Part shown: piece after piece, positions 16,299-25,507 of the stretch
How positions within the stretch are numbered: position 1 is the first letter of the stretch
Layout: the number at the start of each line of letters is the position of its first letter
IMG/VR virus record: IMGVR_UViG_3300044724_009564
Location: 1-29,353 of that record
Source of the DNA: a virus
Lineage: Duplodnaviria > Caudoviricetes
Reading direction: 5' to 3' (one strand)
Length of the DNA: 29,353 nucleotides
Made by a program: the position numbers and the translations under genes
Notes under the pieces: model-generated
Databases searched by the model: none
Seen by the model: the letters and a program-made list of their open reading frames with translations, nothing else
Told to the model about the DNA's origin: nothing

Positions 16299-18059
16299 TT
16301 AAAAACTCATTTCGTATTTTTTTATCCAATCGTTCACGATCCATGCTGGCACCAAAGCCTTTCCTGCTTTTTGACTAGCCTTAATCATGTCTAATTTGCT
16401 TTTATCTTGCATTGCATCATTGTAGAATTTTTTTAATTTTTCGTCAACATTTGTTGTAAGCCAAATTCCTATAGGGACGGTCCATCCGGTTTTTCCTTTG
16501 TTGATTATTTCATTTGGTAGGAGGCCATTGTAGGCTTTTTTTGTTAGGATTTTTGTGTCAGATTTATCTGATCCCATTTTGATATTGGTGTGCATACTCA
16601 TGCAATATTTCATGAAACTTTTTGTTGCTAAAGGGAAACGTCCCTCCATGCCATATGCCATTCCGTACTTGTCATTCCTATTGAACATCTCTTCAGGCAC
16701 CTGTGCAACACAATCTAAGGCCATGTAAGAGCCAATGGGATCGTCAGGATTCCAAAGTTCGTCACTAAAGCATTTTCTGAATTCTTCTATAACAACTTCA
16801 TCGCTGTACGAACTTTCGGTGAGTCGTAAAGGACGCTTGATTCGTTTCAACCACAGGCGAAGCACGTCGTCCCACGATTCTAATTTTGTCTTGCCAATTT
16901 GTTTTGACAGCCATTCCGGATTTTTCATTTTCCAGTATTTTGGATAGCCTGCAAGTATTTCGTCTCCCATGTCTCCGGCCAGTGTTACTATTATTTCTTT
17001 GTCAGAAATAAATTTGTTTGTGTAACAATACATACTCATACTTGGATTATAGATGGGTTGTTCCATGAAATAAATCGAGTCATCCCAACTGTTCATAAAA
17101 TTTTCTGGTGTAATTTTAATTTCCGTGTGATTGAAATTATTCTGCTTCGCAAGTATTTCTGCACACCTGGCATCCTCATTATAATCTTCATCAGACACAA
17201 CACTTGGATACATTTTGTTTGTGAAGGAGTTTACTTTGCCTTTTATCTTGTTAAGTTCATAAGCCACCAGGCTTGAATCTAAACCACCACTCAAAAAGAC
17301 CCCGATCTTTCTCTGGCCTATACTGCACATCTTCACTGTCTTGTTTGCCTCTTGCCTGAACTCTTCTGGGTTGAAAGTACGTGTATTGGAGCATTTGATA
17401 TATTGCCTGTGTTTACTTTTTATTCTCTTTGTAGGTATGTCCCACACAATGGTCTCTCCTGGGAGCATTTTCTTTATACCAGAAAAGAAAGTGTGGCTGA
17501 GAGCGTTTATTCCTGTCCTCTGCATGAAACTTACAGACATCTTGTCAATCTTCTGACATCCGGGCACTTTGTCTATCATACCTTTGATTTCTGAGCCAAA
17601 TACTAGACCTTCTTTTATTTGAGCATAGAATAATGGTTTTATGCCCGCGTGATCTCTAGACAACCACAGTTCCTGTATTTTTGGTTTGTAGTAGGCAAAA
17701 CCGTGCATGGAATCGATCTCTTCAATAAATTTCAGTCCGTATGTGTCGAGGCCCCATGCAAGTAGTTCAGTGTCTGTGCCTGTAGTGTCTACGAAGCCTT
17801 GTGATCTGTATTTCTCTTTGAGCTCGTAATAGTTGAAAATTTCTCCATTGTACACAAGAGTATTACCTGCAGGTGTGTGCCATGGTTGTAATGACAGTTT
17901 AGGATCGCTCATTATTGAAAGGAGATTATGTCCAAACGTGACTTGTTTTAGAGGATCTTCCCATACCTGTTCACCGTCGGGACCTCTGTGTCTACACCAG
18001 TTTATAAAGTTTGAGATATAGTAAGGATCCCATGATGTGATTCCATAAATTCCACACAT
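16299..18059 (-). CDS. asnB: Asparagine synthase (glutamine-hydrolysing)-family amidotransferase
   Basis: N-terminal MCGI (Ntn Cys), HRGPD, YNGEIFN, RDHAGIKPLFY, LSGGLDSS, GDMGDE, EGRFP, K.GW; GGAG RBS upstream. Confidence 0.92.
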   Translation of the reverse strand: MCGIYGITSWDPYYISNFINWCRHRGPDGEQVWEDPLKQVTFGHNLLSIMSDPKLSLQPWHTPAGNTLVYNGEIFNYYELKEKYRSQGFVDTTGTDTELLAWGLDTYGLKFIEEIDSMHGFAYYKPKIQELWLSRDHAGIKPLFYAQIKEGLVFGSEIKGMIDKVPGCQKIDKMSVSFMQRTGINALSHTFFSGIKKMLPGETIVWDIPTKRIKSKHRQYIKCSNTRTFNPEEFRQEANKTVKMCSIGQRKIGVFLSGGLDSSLVAYELNKIKGKVNSFTNKMYPSVVSDEDYNEDARCAEILAKQNNFNHTEIKITPENFMNSWDDSIYFMEQPIYNPSMSMYCYTNKFISDKEIIVTLAGDMGDEILAGYPKYWKMKNPEWLSKQIGKTKLESWDDVLRLWLKRIKRPLRLTESSYSDEVVIEEFRKCFSDELWNPDDPIGSYMALDCVAQVPEEMFNRNDKYGMAYGMEGRFPLATKSFMKYCMSMHTNIKMGSDKSDTKILTKKAYNGLLPNEIINKGKTGWTVPIGIWLTTNVDEKLKKFYNDAMQDKSKLDMIKASQKAGKALVPAWIVNDWIKKYEMSF

Positions 18060-18075
18060 TAGTCTATTATCTCCA

Positions 18076-19056
18076 TTATAATCCTAACTTCGCTTTAAAT
18101 CTTTTGAACACAGTGCCGTCACGTATTTCTTTCTCGCTCCATAACTTGTAGCCTAGGTCGTGTACCCACTGAGTCCTGTCTGGGTATTCCGGATTTTCTA
18201 TTTTTGTGAGATCTTTGTTCGCAACTGGCCAACTGAGTGCCAGATCTGAAGTATTGAAAGTTGGAATACCACGGATGCAAGAATCTACACCGGCTGTAGA
18301 ATTATGTGTAACCACAGCGTGTATGTTCGTGATTGCTTCCTGGAAATGGAATCTATAATATTTTTTTTCTTCGCCGTTGAAATATTTTTGACCTATTACA
18401 ACTTCAACATCATCTGGAAATTCGCCCATCCTGTTTTCCATTGCAACAACATGATTAGGATGTGGTCGCACTATGAATTTTCTTTTAGTAAGTGGTCGTA
18501 ATATTTTATAAACGTTCAAAAACCAGTGGATTGGATCCAGTTCGTTCATGCTCCAGTTGTCGCTAGGTTGTAACACAAACATTATTGGATCGTCTGGTTG
18601 AGACTTCCTCCATGGTTCGTATCTCACCTTGAACATATTTCTCAACATCTCCCACCTGTCTCCCGGTGAATTGTCACTAAGAAAATTTCCGTTGTTCATT
18701 GGCGAGTAGAGGGAAACTCTCCAGTGATGGTTAGGTCCATGCACGTTTCCAAAACTGCTCATTAGTCCTCCGTCAAAGGTTATAATGAATATGCCTTTCT
18801 TTTTGGCACGTTCTACAAGATCTCTTCTCCTGCCTTTGGTGTGGTGTTTTTGTTTATCTCCACCATAACCAAACATGCATCCTATTGGTGCTGTAGGTTC
18901 CATCTCGTCCTTCCGCCAATCTCCTGTCATGTGTTCGTTAACCATGATGGGATTGTCACCACATGCTGTGATACCTTCAGCCATGTGTTTCAAAAGGTCG
19001 TAACTTGCCCCTCGCCTTCGATCTTTAACAGTCCTCCTAAATATTTCAACGTCCAT
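18076..19056 (-). CDS. KpsS/KpsC-like glycosyltransferase, paralog 2
   Basis: FDGGL, VLQPSDN, VRPHP, VVTHNSTAGVDSCIRGIPTF; start moved to ATG 19056 (MDVEIF) to remove a 185-nt overlap. Confidence 0.6.
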   Translation of the reverse strand: MDVEIFRRTVKDRRRGASYDLLKHMAEGITACGDNPIMVNEHMTGDWRKDEMEPTAPIGCMFGYGGDKQKHHTKGRRRDLVERAKKKGIFIITFDGGLMSSFGNVHGPNHHWRVSLYSPMNNGNFLSDNSPGDRWEMLRNMFKVRYEPWRKSQPDDPIMFVLQPSDNWSMNELDPIHWFLNVYKILRPLTKRKFIVRPHPNHVVAMENRMGEFPDDVEVVIGQKYFNGEEKKYYRFHFQEAITNIHAVVTHNSTAGVDSCIRGIPTFNTSDLALSWPVANKDLTKIENPEYPDRTQWVHDLGYKLWSEKEIRDGTVFKRFKAKLGL

Positions 19057-19861
19057 CCAATATGCTCCATGCGTAGCCGTTTTTAAGTTCGTCGGCAGTG
19101 AATTGTCCGTAAGCCATCGAATAGTACAATGGTTCACGCTCCGTGTATTTAGGTGTTTCAATTTTAGAAAAATCTGTTTCTGAAATCGGAGCACAGGCGT
19201 TGTGAATGTCCGTAAAACAAGGGATTCCACGTGTAGTGGCCTCGAGACTTATATTAGAGTTGTAGGTAACTATGGCGTATGCATCGTCCCAGTCTATGGG
19301 AGGACTGGGAGGAGTGTTGTCCTTACCAGTAACAATGTATCCACCGTTAATGTCTTTTCCTATGATTGGATTGTAACCTTTGTTTTTAACAAGTATTGGA
19401 CGATCTGTGTTGGCCTTTAATGTGCGAAGTGTGTTGTCCAGCCAATCGTGGACTCCAAAAAATTCTTGCATGGCATTTGATGGAGGGCACACAACAATGT
19501 TCCTTCCATCTTTTTTCCATGGTTTAATAGGCCATGGAAAACTTTTTTCAAATCTGTCACTGGGACGTTTCTCATACCAGTTTTTCAAATGATTGTTCTT
19601 TACAACTTTTACATAGTATGGAGCATTACGGGTTTCTCCCCAGTAAGGTCTGTCCATGTAGTAGAAATCAATATTATTTTTCTCCGCCCATCTGTAAACC
19701 AAGTGTGTCCCACGCAGTACACCAAACATTACTGCCTTGGTACAGTCTTTGGTTTTGATTATTTCCTGTGGTTGTAATTTTTTTGAATTTGACAGCCCAT
19801 GCACTGCCCAATCAACATATTTTTCTGTGAGTTGTCTGTTGGTTGAACTAACGTAAATCAT
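19046..19861 (-). CDS. KpsS/KpsC-like glycosyltransferase, paralog 3
   Basis: MDRPYW, VCPPS, IVTYNSNISLEATTRGIPCF, IETP, MAYGQFT.DEL.NG. Confidence 0.55.
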   Translation of the reverse strand: MIYVSSTNRQLTEKYVDWAVHGLSNSKKLQPQEIIKTKDCTKAVMFGVLRGTHLVYRWAEKNNIDFYYMDRPYWGETRNAPYYVKVVKNNHLKNWYEKRPSDRFEKSFPWPIKPWKKDGRNIVVCPPSNAMQEFFGVHDWLDNTLRTLKANTDRPILVKNKGYNPIIGKDINGGYIVTGKDNTPPSPPIDWDDAYAIVTYNSNISLEATTRGIPCFTDIHNACAPISETDFSKIETPKYTEREPLYYSMAYGQFTADELKNGYAWSILDGR

Positions 19862-20831
19862 TTGACAGCCGTTTGATATCTTCCTGCACCATCAAGGCGA
19901 TCATGTCTTTGAATGAAGTTTTTGGTTCCCAGCCAAGGGTTTGCTTGGCTTTCGCGTACGATCCGTGCAGTGCGTGTAGTTCAGCAGGACGTTTGAAACG
20001 TGGATCTGTCTCGATGTATTTCTCCCAATCTTCAATACCTGCTGTCTCAAATGCGTGGGTCAACAGTTCTCGAATAGAATGCTGTACCCCTGTGCATATC
20101 ACATAATCACCTGGTTCTGGTTTCTGCACCATTGTGTACATTGCTTCTACAAAATCTCCTGCAAAACCCCAATCTCTTTTTGCATCTAGGTTTCCTAATG
20201 TTAATTTTTTAGCAAGTCCTAACTTGATTTTTGCAACACCGTCTGTGATTTTTCTTGTGACAAATTCTTTGCCACGTATTGGAGATTCGTGATTAAAAAG
20301 CACGCCGTTGGACGCATGGACGCTGTAACTTTCTCTGAAGTTCACTGTCATCCAGTATGCATAAAGTTTTGAAACACCATAGGGACTCCTAGGATGGAAA
20401 GGGGTATTTTCATCTTGCACTCCATTAACGTTGGAGTTGCCATATAATTCACTGGTGCTCGCCTGATAAAATTTAGTTGTTGGGTTATGTCCTACTATGG
20501 CATTTAGTATGTTCAATACACCCATTGCATTCACTTCACTAGTCTGTTTGTTCAGATCCCAACTGGCTCCAACAAAACTCTGTGCCGCTAAATTGTAAAA
20601 TTCATTTGGACGTATTGTTCTTACTAGGTGGTTCATGTTGGCATCGTCTGTGATGTCGCCTGTAATCAATTCGACGTCGTTTTCTATGCCAAGGTAATTT
20701 AAATTAGCAAGGTTAGGGTTGCTGTAACGTTTTACCAAACCATAAACTTTGTAATTTTTTTCTAGAAGATGTTTTGCAAGGTAAGGACCGTCTTGTCCTG
20801 TCATTCCGGTAACAAATGCAATTTTTTTCAT
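19848..20831 (-). CDS. gmd: GDP-mannose 4,6-dehydratase
   Basis: TGMTGQDG, YNLAAQSFV, QASTSELYG, PRSPYGVSK, LFNHESP.RG.EFVTRKIT, LGNLDAKRDWG. Confidence 0.96.
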   Translation of the reverse strand: MKKIAFVTGMTGQDGPYLAKHLLEKNYKVYGLVKRYSNPNLANLNYLGIENDVELITGDITDDANMNHLVRTIRPNEFYNLAAQSFVGASWDLNKQTSEVNAMGVLNILNAIVGHNPTTKFYQASTSELYGNSNVNGVQDENTPFHPRSPYGVSKLYAYWMTVNFRESYSVHASNGVLFNHESPIRGKEFVTRKITDGVAKIKLGLAKKLTLGNLDAKRDWGFAGDFVEAMYTMVQKPEPGDYVICTGVQHSIRELLTHAFETAGIEDWEKYIETDPRFKRPAELHALHGSYAKAKQTLGWEPKTSFKDMIALMVQEDIKRLSNDLR

Positions 20832-20837
20832 TCCAAG

Positions 20838-20870
20838 TAGTTATGCCTTATTTTGTGCCACCTATAAATA
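20838..20870. promoter_or_regulatory. Divergent late-type elements: TATAAATA (+, 20863-20870) and TAACTA (-, 20838-20843), each 6 nt from an ATG
   Basis: + strand TATAAATA-ttggcg-ATG(20877); minus strand TAACTA-cttgga-ATG(20831). Confidence 0.6.
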
Positions 20871-20876
20871 TTGGCG

Positions 20877-21635
20877 ATGGCAAACTTGATAATTCAATAC
20901 TACATCGATACAAAAAAATATTCACATCCAACTTTCAACAACCTTGGCGCCAGTCCCATGGAGGAGTACAGCAGATACAGTCTCCAACTTTATTGTAAAA
21001 AATATGACATCGAGTACCTCAGAGTCACTGAGCCAAAATTAGGATTCAAACATCCAACTTGGGAAAGATTTGATTTATGGACTGACAGAAGTTGGTGGGA
21101 CAAATATGATCAGATCATGTATGTTGACAGTGATGTGATTGCTTTTGAACACGCACCAAACATATTTGAAAAATATCCAACAATCGATAATGACCTGAAA
21201 ACAGCATACTATCCTAAATTCAGAGATGCAGGTCCCACTGGGGCAAAATATAACCAACGTGTCAACCCACTTGCAGATTTGTACACAGGAGAGACAATCT
21301 CACAAAGATTTGTCCAACCTGGAGTCATGTTGCTTAACAAGGTAAACACAAAGTTCATGCTACCGTGGATCAGCAAATACAAAGATATCACCGACGACAG
21401 GATAGATGATGGTATGTTTCTAAATCACTGCATAGTAGAAAGTGAGGTGCCTCTACTCGACATGGATCGGAAATGGAATCACAAAAACAATGGCGAACGT
21501 TATGATTACAACAATGTTTACTTCTTACATTGTGCTGGCGGAAAGAAACACAAAAAAGGTGTTAAGATTTGGCCAAAACTTGCAAAATTATTCCCAGAAG
21601 TCAAAGTTGATCTTTCCGTGTTGAAGGACGATTAA
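20877..21635 (+). CDS. GT-A glycosyltransferase (GT8-like), paralog A
   Basis: MYVDSDV (DxD), APNIF, PGVMLL, DDG..LN, KWN, FLHCAG; start moved to ATG 20877. Confidence 0.75.
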   Translation: MANLIIQYYIDTKKYSHPTFNNLGASPMEEYSRYSLQLYCKKYDIEYLRVTEPKLGFKHPTWERFDLWTDRSWWDKYDQIMYVDSDVIAFEHAPNIFEKYPTIDNDLKTAYYPKFRDAGPTGAKYNQRVNPLADLYTGETISQRFVQPGVMLLNKVNTKFMLPWISKYKDITDDRIDDGMFLNHCIVESEVPLLDMDRKWNHKNNGERYDYNNVYFLHCAGGKKHKKGVKIWPKLAKLFPEVKVDLSVLKDD

Positions 21636-22714
21636 TCTAAAATTTTTATAAGTTTATCAATGTCTATCTTGAGATCCACCATGTCTTTAGATTTTTTGTT
21701 TCTTGGTTTCACTGCGGTAACTTTTTCTGTATCACACTTGAATACGTAATGATCAAGTCCTAAACAATGTGACAGAACAGGGTAAACTTTTTTACCGTAA
21801 AAGGCATCATGGGTGAGCTCATAAACTTTTGTTCCAGGACGCATCCAAAGGCAATTGGTCAATCCTGCGCCGTGTGGCGACACTATATGGCTGGCAGTGG
21901 CAAAAGTTTTTACCTGGTCCTTGATCGACAGATCTTCCAGTGTGATTGTTTCCCAGCCTTTCAAGGCCAATAACAATTCCTGTTGGTTCCTTATATTCCT
22001 GTTTTGGGCATCTTTCCTCGTGATTATTACTTTCCTGTTTGGATCTATGTCTTCTCCTACTACCAAGTTAGCAAGATATCTCAACCAACCAGGCATGTTT
22101 GGGGTCAATATCCCGTCATTGTAATTGCTCATCGATGGAACAATAAGGTGACTGAATCGCCATGTTTCGTTCTTTGGGATCACCAGATAGTTGAGATCAG
22201 GAAAAAAAGTTTTGCAGACTTTTTCAAAATATCTACTTGGATTAGATAGGATGAAAGTGTATTTCTCAAAATTTGTTGACCAACGTTTTTCTATCAGACG
22301 GAATTTTGATATTATATCTATCCATATGTGCCATGGGTTCTCAGAACTGTACTCATCGATAGGCAACCATACGTACTTCCAAGTGCCGTTGAATTGCTGT
22401 GTGATAGGAGGCATCTCGACATTGACTTGCTCTCCCCATTCTTTAAAAACATCATGCACCTTGTGGGGTTTGTTCCTGTATTTAGATATCAACGGCCAGA
22501 CGTGGTTTGTAATTATTTTCCTATCCTCCGTGACAAGCACCGGCAAACTGTTTACGCTACAATTATTGAAGTCTGCCACAAACGTTGGCATTGTGCTGTA
22601 ATGAACTTTGATGTTAGTTGGCTTCCACGTGATATCGTATGAAAATGACTGATCGATGATGTCCCATTGATTTGTAAAATATTTTATGTCGTTTATATTC
22701 TGGACTGTTTGCAC
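21632..22714 (-). CDS. GT61 (DUF563)-family glycosyltransferase
   Basis: N.WH, ITRKDA..R.I.N, DQV..F..A..IVSPHGAGLTN..W...G..V.EL; GTG start. Confidence 0.8.
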   Translation of the reverse strand: MQTVQNINDIKYFTNQWDIIDQSFSYDITWKPTNIKVHYSTMPTFVADFNNCSVNSLPVLVTEDRKIITNHVWPLISKYRNKPHKVHDVFKEWGEQVNVEMPPITQQFNGTWKYVWLPIDEYSSENPWHIWIDIISKFRLIEKRWSTNFEKYTFILSNPSRYFEKVCKTFFPDLNYLVIPKNETWRFSHLIVPSMSNYNDGILTPNMPGWLRYLANLVVGEDIDPNRKVIITRKDAQNRNIRNQQELLLALKGWETITLEDLSIKDQVKTFATASHIVSPHGAGLTNCLWMRPGTKVYELTHDAFYGKKVYPVLSHCLGLDHYVFKCDTEKVTAVKPRNKKSKDMVDLKIDIDKLIKILD

Positions 22715-22737
22715 AATAATAATTATACTATAATATT
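22715..22737. promoter_or_regulatory. 23-bp AT-rich divergent promoter region
   Basis: Minus strand TATAATTA-ttatt-GTG(22714); plus strand TATAAT (22729-22734) 3 nt before ATG 22738; no convincing -35. Confidence 0.4.
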
Positions 22738-23400
22738 ATGGTTTTGTTTTCAAATGGTTGTAGTTTCCTTAGTATGCGCCCCAAGGATGGAGTGATGACG
22801 TTCACATCCGAAATACTGGCCAAGGAATATGGTATGCAGATGGTAAATCTTGCCATGGGAGGCAGGGGCAACAACAGGATTAGTTTCACTACAAAACACT
22901 GGTTGGACAAGTTTCAGACCAAAGATGTATTTGCTGTAATTGGTTGGTCAAGTTATTTCCGTAACGATTACGTGACCAATGACGGATGGAAAAAAGGTAG
23001 GATAAAAGGCACTGATTCAACTTGGAGAACATGGAAGACTTTAGACAATCTTAGATTTGTTCATGGTAATAAAGGTTGGGATATTGAAGATGATGCTGTT
23101 GTAAAATTTCTAGATCAAGTCTATAATTTGCAGACATACTTTAAACAGAAAAAGATACCATACTTGATGTACAATGCACTTCCCAACAACCTAGATTCTA
23201 AATTACAGGACGTTTCAGATTTCAAAAAACACATTGACTGGAGGAGATTTTATGAACCAAATTACAGTCATCTGAATTACATACAAGAAAAAAACTTCAT
23301 AGTGAGTCCAAACGATCCTCATCCTTCGCTGGAGGGACATCAAGGATGGGCACAATTACTCAAAGGCTTTATAGATGCTAACAATTTACGCACCATTTAA
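22738..23400 (+). CDS. SGNH hydrolase-like protein
   Basis: NGCSF, NLAMGGRGN, IGWS...R, DPHPS..GH. Confidence 0.7.
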   Translation: MVLFSNGCSFLSMRPKDGVMTFTSEILAKEYGMQMVNLAMGGRGNNRISFTTKHWLDKFQTKDVFAVIGWSSYFRNDYVTNDGWKKGRIKGTDSTWRTWKTLDNLRFVHGNKGWDIEDDAVVKFLDQVYNLQTYFKQKKIPYLMYNALPNNLDSKLQDVSDFKKHIDWRRFYEPNYSHLNYIQEKNFIVSPNDPHPSLEGHQGWAQLLKGFIDANNLRTI

Positions 23401-24187
23401 AAACAAGACCAGCAAAGCATGGGAAGTTTTTAACGGAGTTGAGCAATCCTGGCCAGATCAGATTACAAAACTAGATAACGCTACGGAGATCGAACCAGTG
23501 AGCAACAGCATGTTCTGGGGATTTGTTGGAAACAATCGTGAGATGGTAAAGAAACTGGAGTCTCGGAACCACAACTATTGGTTCACGGATACTCCTTACT
23601 TTGGTAGATTTGACAACAACAATCTCCAGCCAGACAATCATTATTGGCGTGTTTGTAAGAATTCTATTCACGCATCTTACATAAAAAATTGCAAACCTGA
23701 CAGATTTGAAAAGTTTGGTCATAAAATAAAAGCGCCTAACTTCGCAGGAAAACACATTTTAATTTGTCCTAGTTCATCTGGCATTCATGGATATCTGGGC
23801 AGGCCCAATTGGACCAACGAGACCATAGAACAGATCAAAAGGTACACGGACAGGCCAATCAGACTTCGACACAAGCCTAGGGGAAGGGGTACTTCAGGAC
23901 CAAGTGAAGCAAAAGTACCCCTATCCGAGGATTTGAAAGAGGCATGGTGCCTGGTAACCAGTTGTAGTATTGCGGCAGTGGAGGCCATTTGTGAAGGTAT
24001 ACCTGTGTTCTGTGACAACAAGAGTTTTGCTGTGGACGTGGGCAACGTTGAATTGTCAGATATTGAAAATCCTTATTACGGTGGTCCTGAACCTTGGTTG
24101 TATAGTCTAGCCTATCAGCAGTTTACTCCCGAAGAGTTACAGAACGGAACCGCTGTGGAGATATTAATGGACAAAGGAATCTTGTAA
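23375..24187 (+). CDS. KpsS/KpsC-like glycosyltransferase, paralog 4
   Basis: TDTPYF, ICPSS, LRHKP, LVTSCSIAAVEAICEGIPVF, IENP, LAYQQFT.EEL.NG. Confidence 0.55.
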   Translation: MLTIYAPFKNKTSKAWEVFNGVEQSWPDQITKLDNATEIEPVSNSMFWGFVGNNREMVKKLESRNHNYWFTDTPYFGRFDNNNLQPDNHYWRVCKNSIHASYIKNCKPDRFEKFGHKIKAPNFAGKHILICPSSSGIHGYLGRPNWTNETIEQIKRYTDRPIRLRHKPRGRGTSGPSEAKVPLSEDLKEAWCLVTSCSIAAVEAICEGIPVFCDNKSFAVDVGNVELSDIENPYYGGPEPWLYSLAYQQFTPEELQNGTAVEILMDKGIL

Positions 24188-24888
24188 TGCCGAAATTGAA
24201 AAGTTTTGACAATGATTTTTTTACCTTTTCGGTTAGAAACAAATCTTTGAAGTTTTCAAATGTTAAAGGACAGAAGACTTACATCAAAAACAGAATTGAT
24301 AGGATATTAAGCAAGGAACCAGAAACAATTAAATGGATTGATAGTTTTGAAAAAGACAGTGTCTTTTTTGATGTTGGTGCCAACATAGGTATCTACACTA
24401 TTTACAGTGCCGTATTAAGAGGTAACACGGTTTATGCATTTGAACCACACTCGGCAAGTTATAAAAATTTGCTGGATAGCATCAACATCAACAACCTTGA
24501 TAACTGTAGTGCGTTCTGTGTGGCTTTAAGTGATCGCATAAATTTAAGCACGATCAATGTTAAGAACATGCACGAAGGTGTGGCTGAGAACAAGGTAGGC
24601 GAGCGAGGAGATTACTATCATGGCTGTACAGAAATTCATCTGGACTACCTTGTTGGCAAAGGTATAATACCGAAACCAGACTATATTAAAATAGATGTCG
24701 ATGGCTTTGAAGACAAAGTTCTAAACGGTGCGGTAGCAACACTGCAACAATGTAAAAGTTGTCTGGTAGAAATAAACGACAAGCATATAGGCATGGTAGA
24801 AAAACTAAATGACATAGGAATGGTTTTAGTTTCAAAACACAGGCGTAATTCAGAAGAATTCAATTATATTTTTAGAAATGCAAATTGA
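24187..24888 (+). CDS. FkbM-family SAM-dependent methyltransferase
   Basis: KEPET..WI, FFDVGANIG, YAFEP, YIKIDVDGFE..VL.GA. Confidence 0.88.
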   Translation: MPKLKSFDNDFFTFSVRNKSLKFSNVKGQKTYIKNRIDRILSKEPETIKWIDSFEKDSVFFDVGANIGIYTIYSAVLRGNTVYAFEPHSASYKNLLDSININNLDNCSAFCVALSDRINLSTINVKNMHEGVAENKVGERGDYYHGCTEIHLDYLVGKGIIPKPDYIKIDVDGFEDKVLNGAVATLQQCKSCLVEINDKHIGMVEKLNDIGMVLVSKHRRNSEEFNYIFRNAN

Positions 24889-25507
24889 TAGCGAATCAAA
24901 AATAATTTTTGTGCATATACCTCGCACAGGTGGTAGTTGGTTTACTTACAGGTGGCCGAGTCATCGAGGTGTTGGTAAAATTCTCCTCAAAGGTAAAGAA
25001 ATTGTTAACGTTGAAACTGGAAGACGCATAGCAACTGGCAGGCACGGCAGATTGTCTGGCATAAAAGAAAAATTGGAACAAATTGATTACGATCACAAAG
25101 ACCATAAAATTATAACTTTAGTCAGAGATCCATACGACAGGGCAGGCAGTAGTTGGGTATGGTTTAGCAAAGTTAAGGGCACTGCCGAGAAGCACGGATG
25201 GAAAACAATAGACGACATGCTAGACGAGTTTGAAGGAGGTGGTTTCAGAGTGAACTATTTGCCACAGACATACTGGTTGGAAGAACAAGGTGCTAAATTT
25301 GACCACATTTATCGTTTTGAAGATTTACTCGGCGACAGCTCTATGATTTTAAAGGATTTTCCTAAATTTAATTTTGGTAAACGTAATACGGATAACCTAG
25401 GACGTATGGGACAGGTCCGGTCTAATATGTTGACTCCGAAACAAAGACAACGTATACAACTGTTGTACAAAGATGATTTTAGGTATCTGAAGGAATTTTA
25501 TGAATAA
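24878..25507 (+). CDS. Sulfotransferase (Sulfotransfer_2-like), paralog 1
   Basis: 5'-PSB FVHIPRTGGS, 3'-PB VRDPYDR..S, LPQ, RFEDL, Y..DF. Confidence 0.8.
   Translation: MQIDSESKIIFVHIPRTGGSWFTYRWPSHRGVGKILLKGKEIVNVETGRRIATGRHGRLSGIKEKLEQIDYDHKDHKIITLVRDPYDRAGSSWVWFSKVKGTAEKHGWKTIDDMLDEFEGGGFRVNYLPQTYWLEEQGAKFDHIYRFEDLLGDSSMILKDFPKFNFGKRNTDNLGRMGQVRSNMLTPKQRQRIQLLYKDDFRYLKEFYE

Noticed and set aside
19057-19230. N-terminal extension of the 384-aa ORF in the track (likewise extensions at 8989-9024, 13288-13305, 20871-20876, 28483-28518, 29106-29120)
   Set aside because: They create long overlaps with upstream genes or promoters; downstream ATGs give normal coupling.
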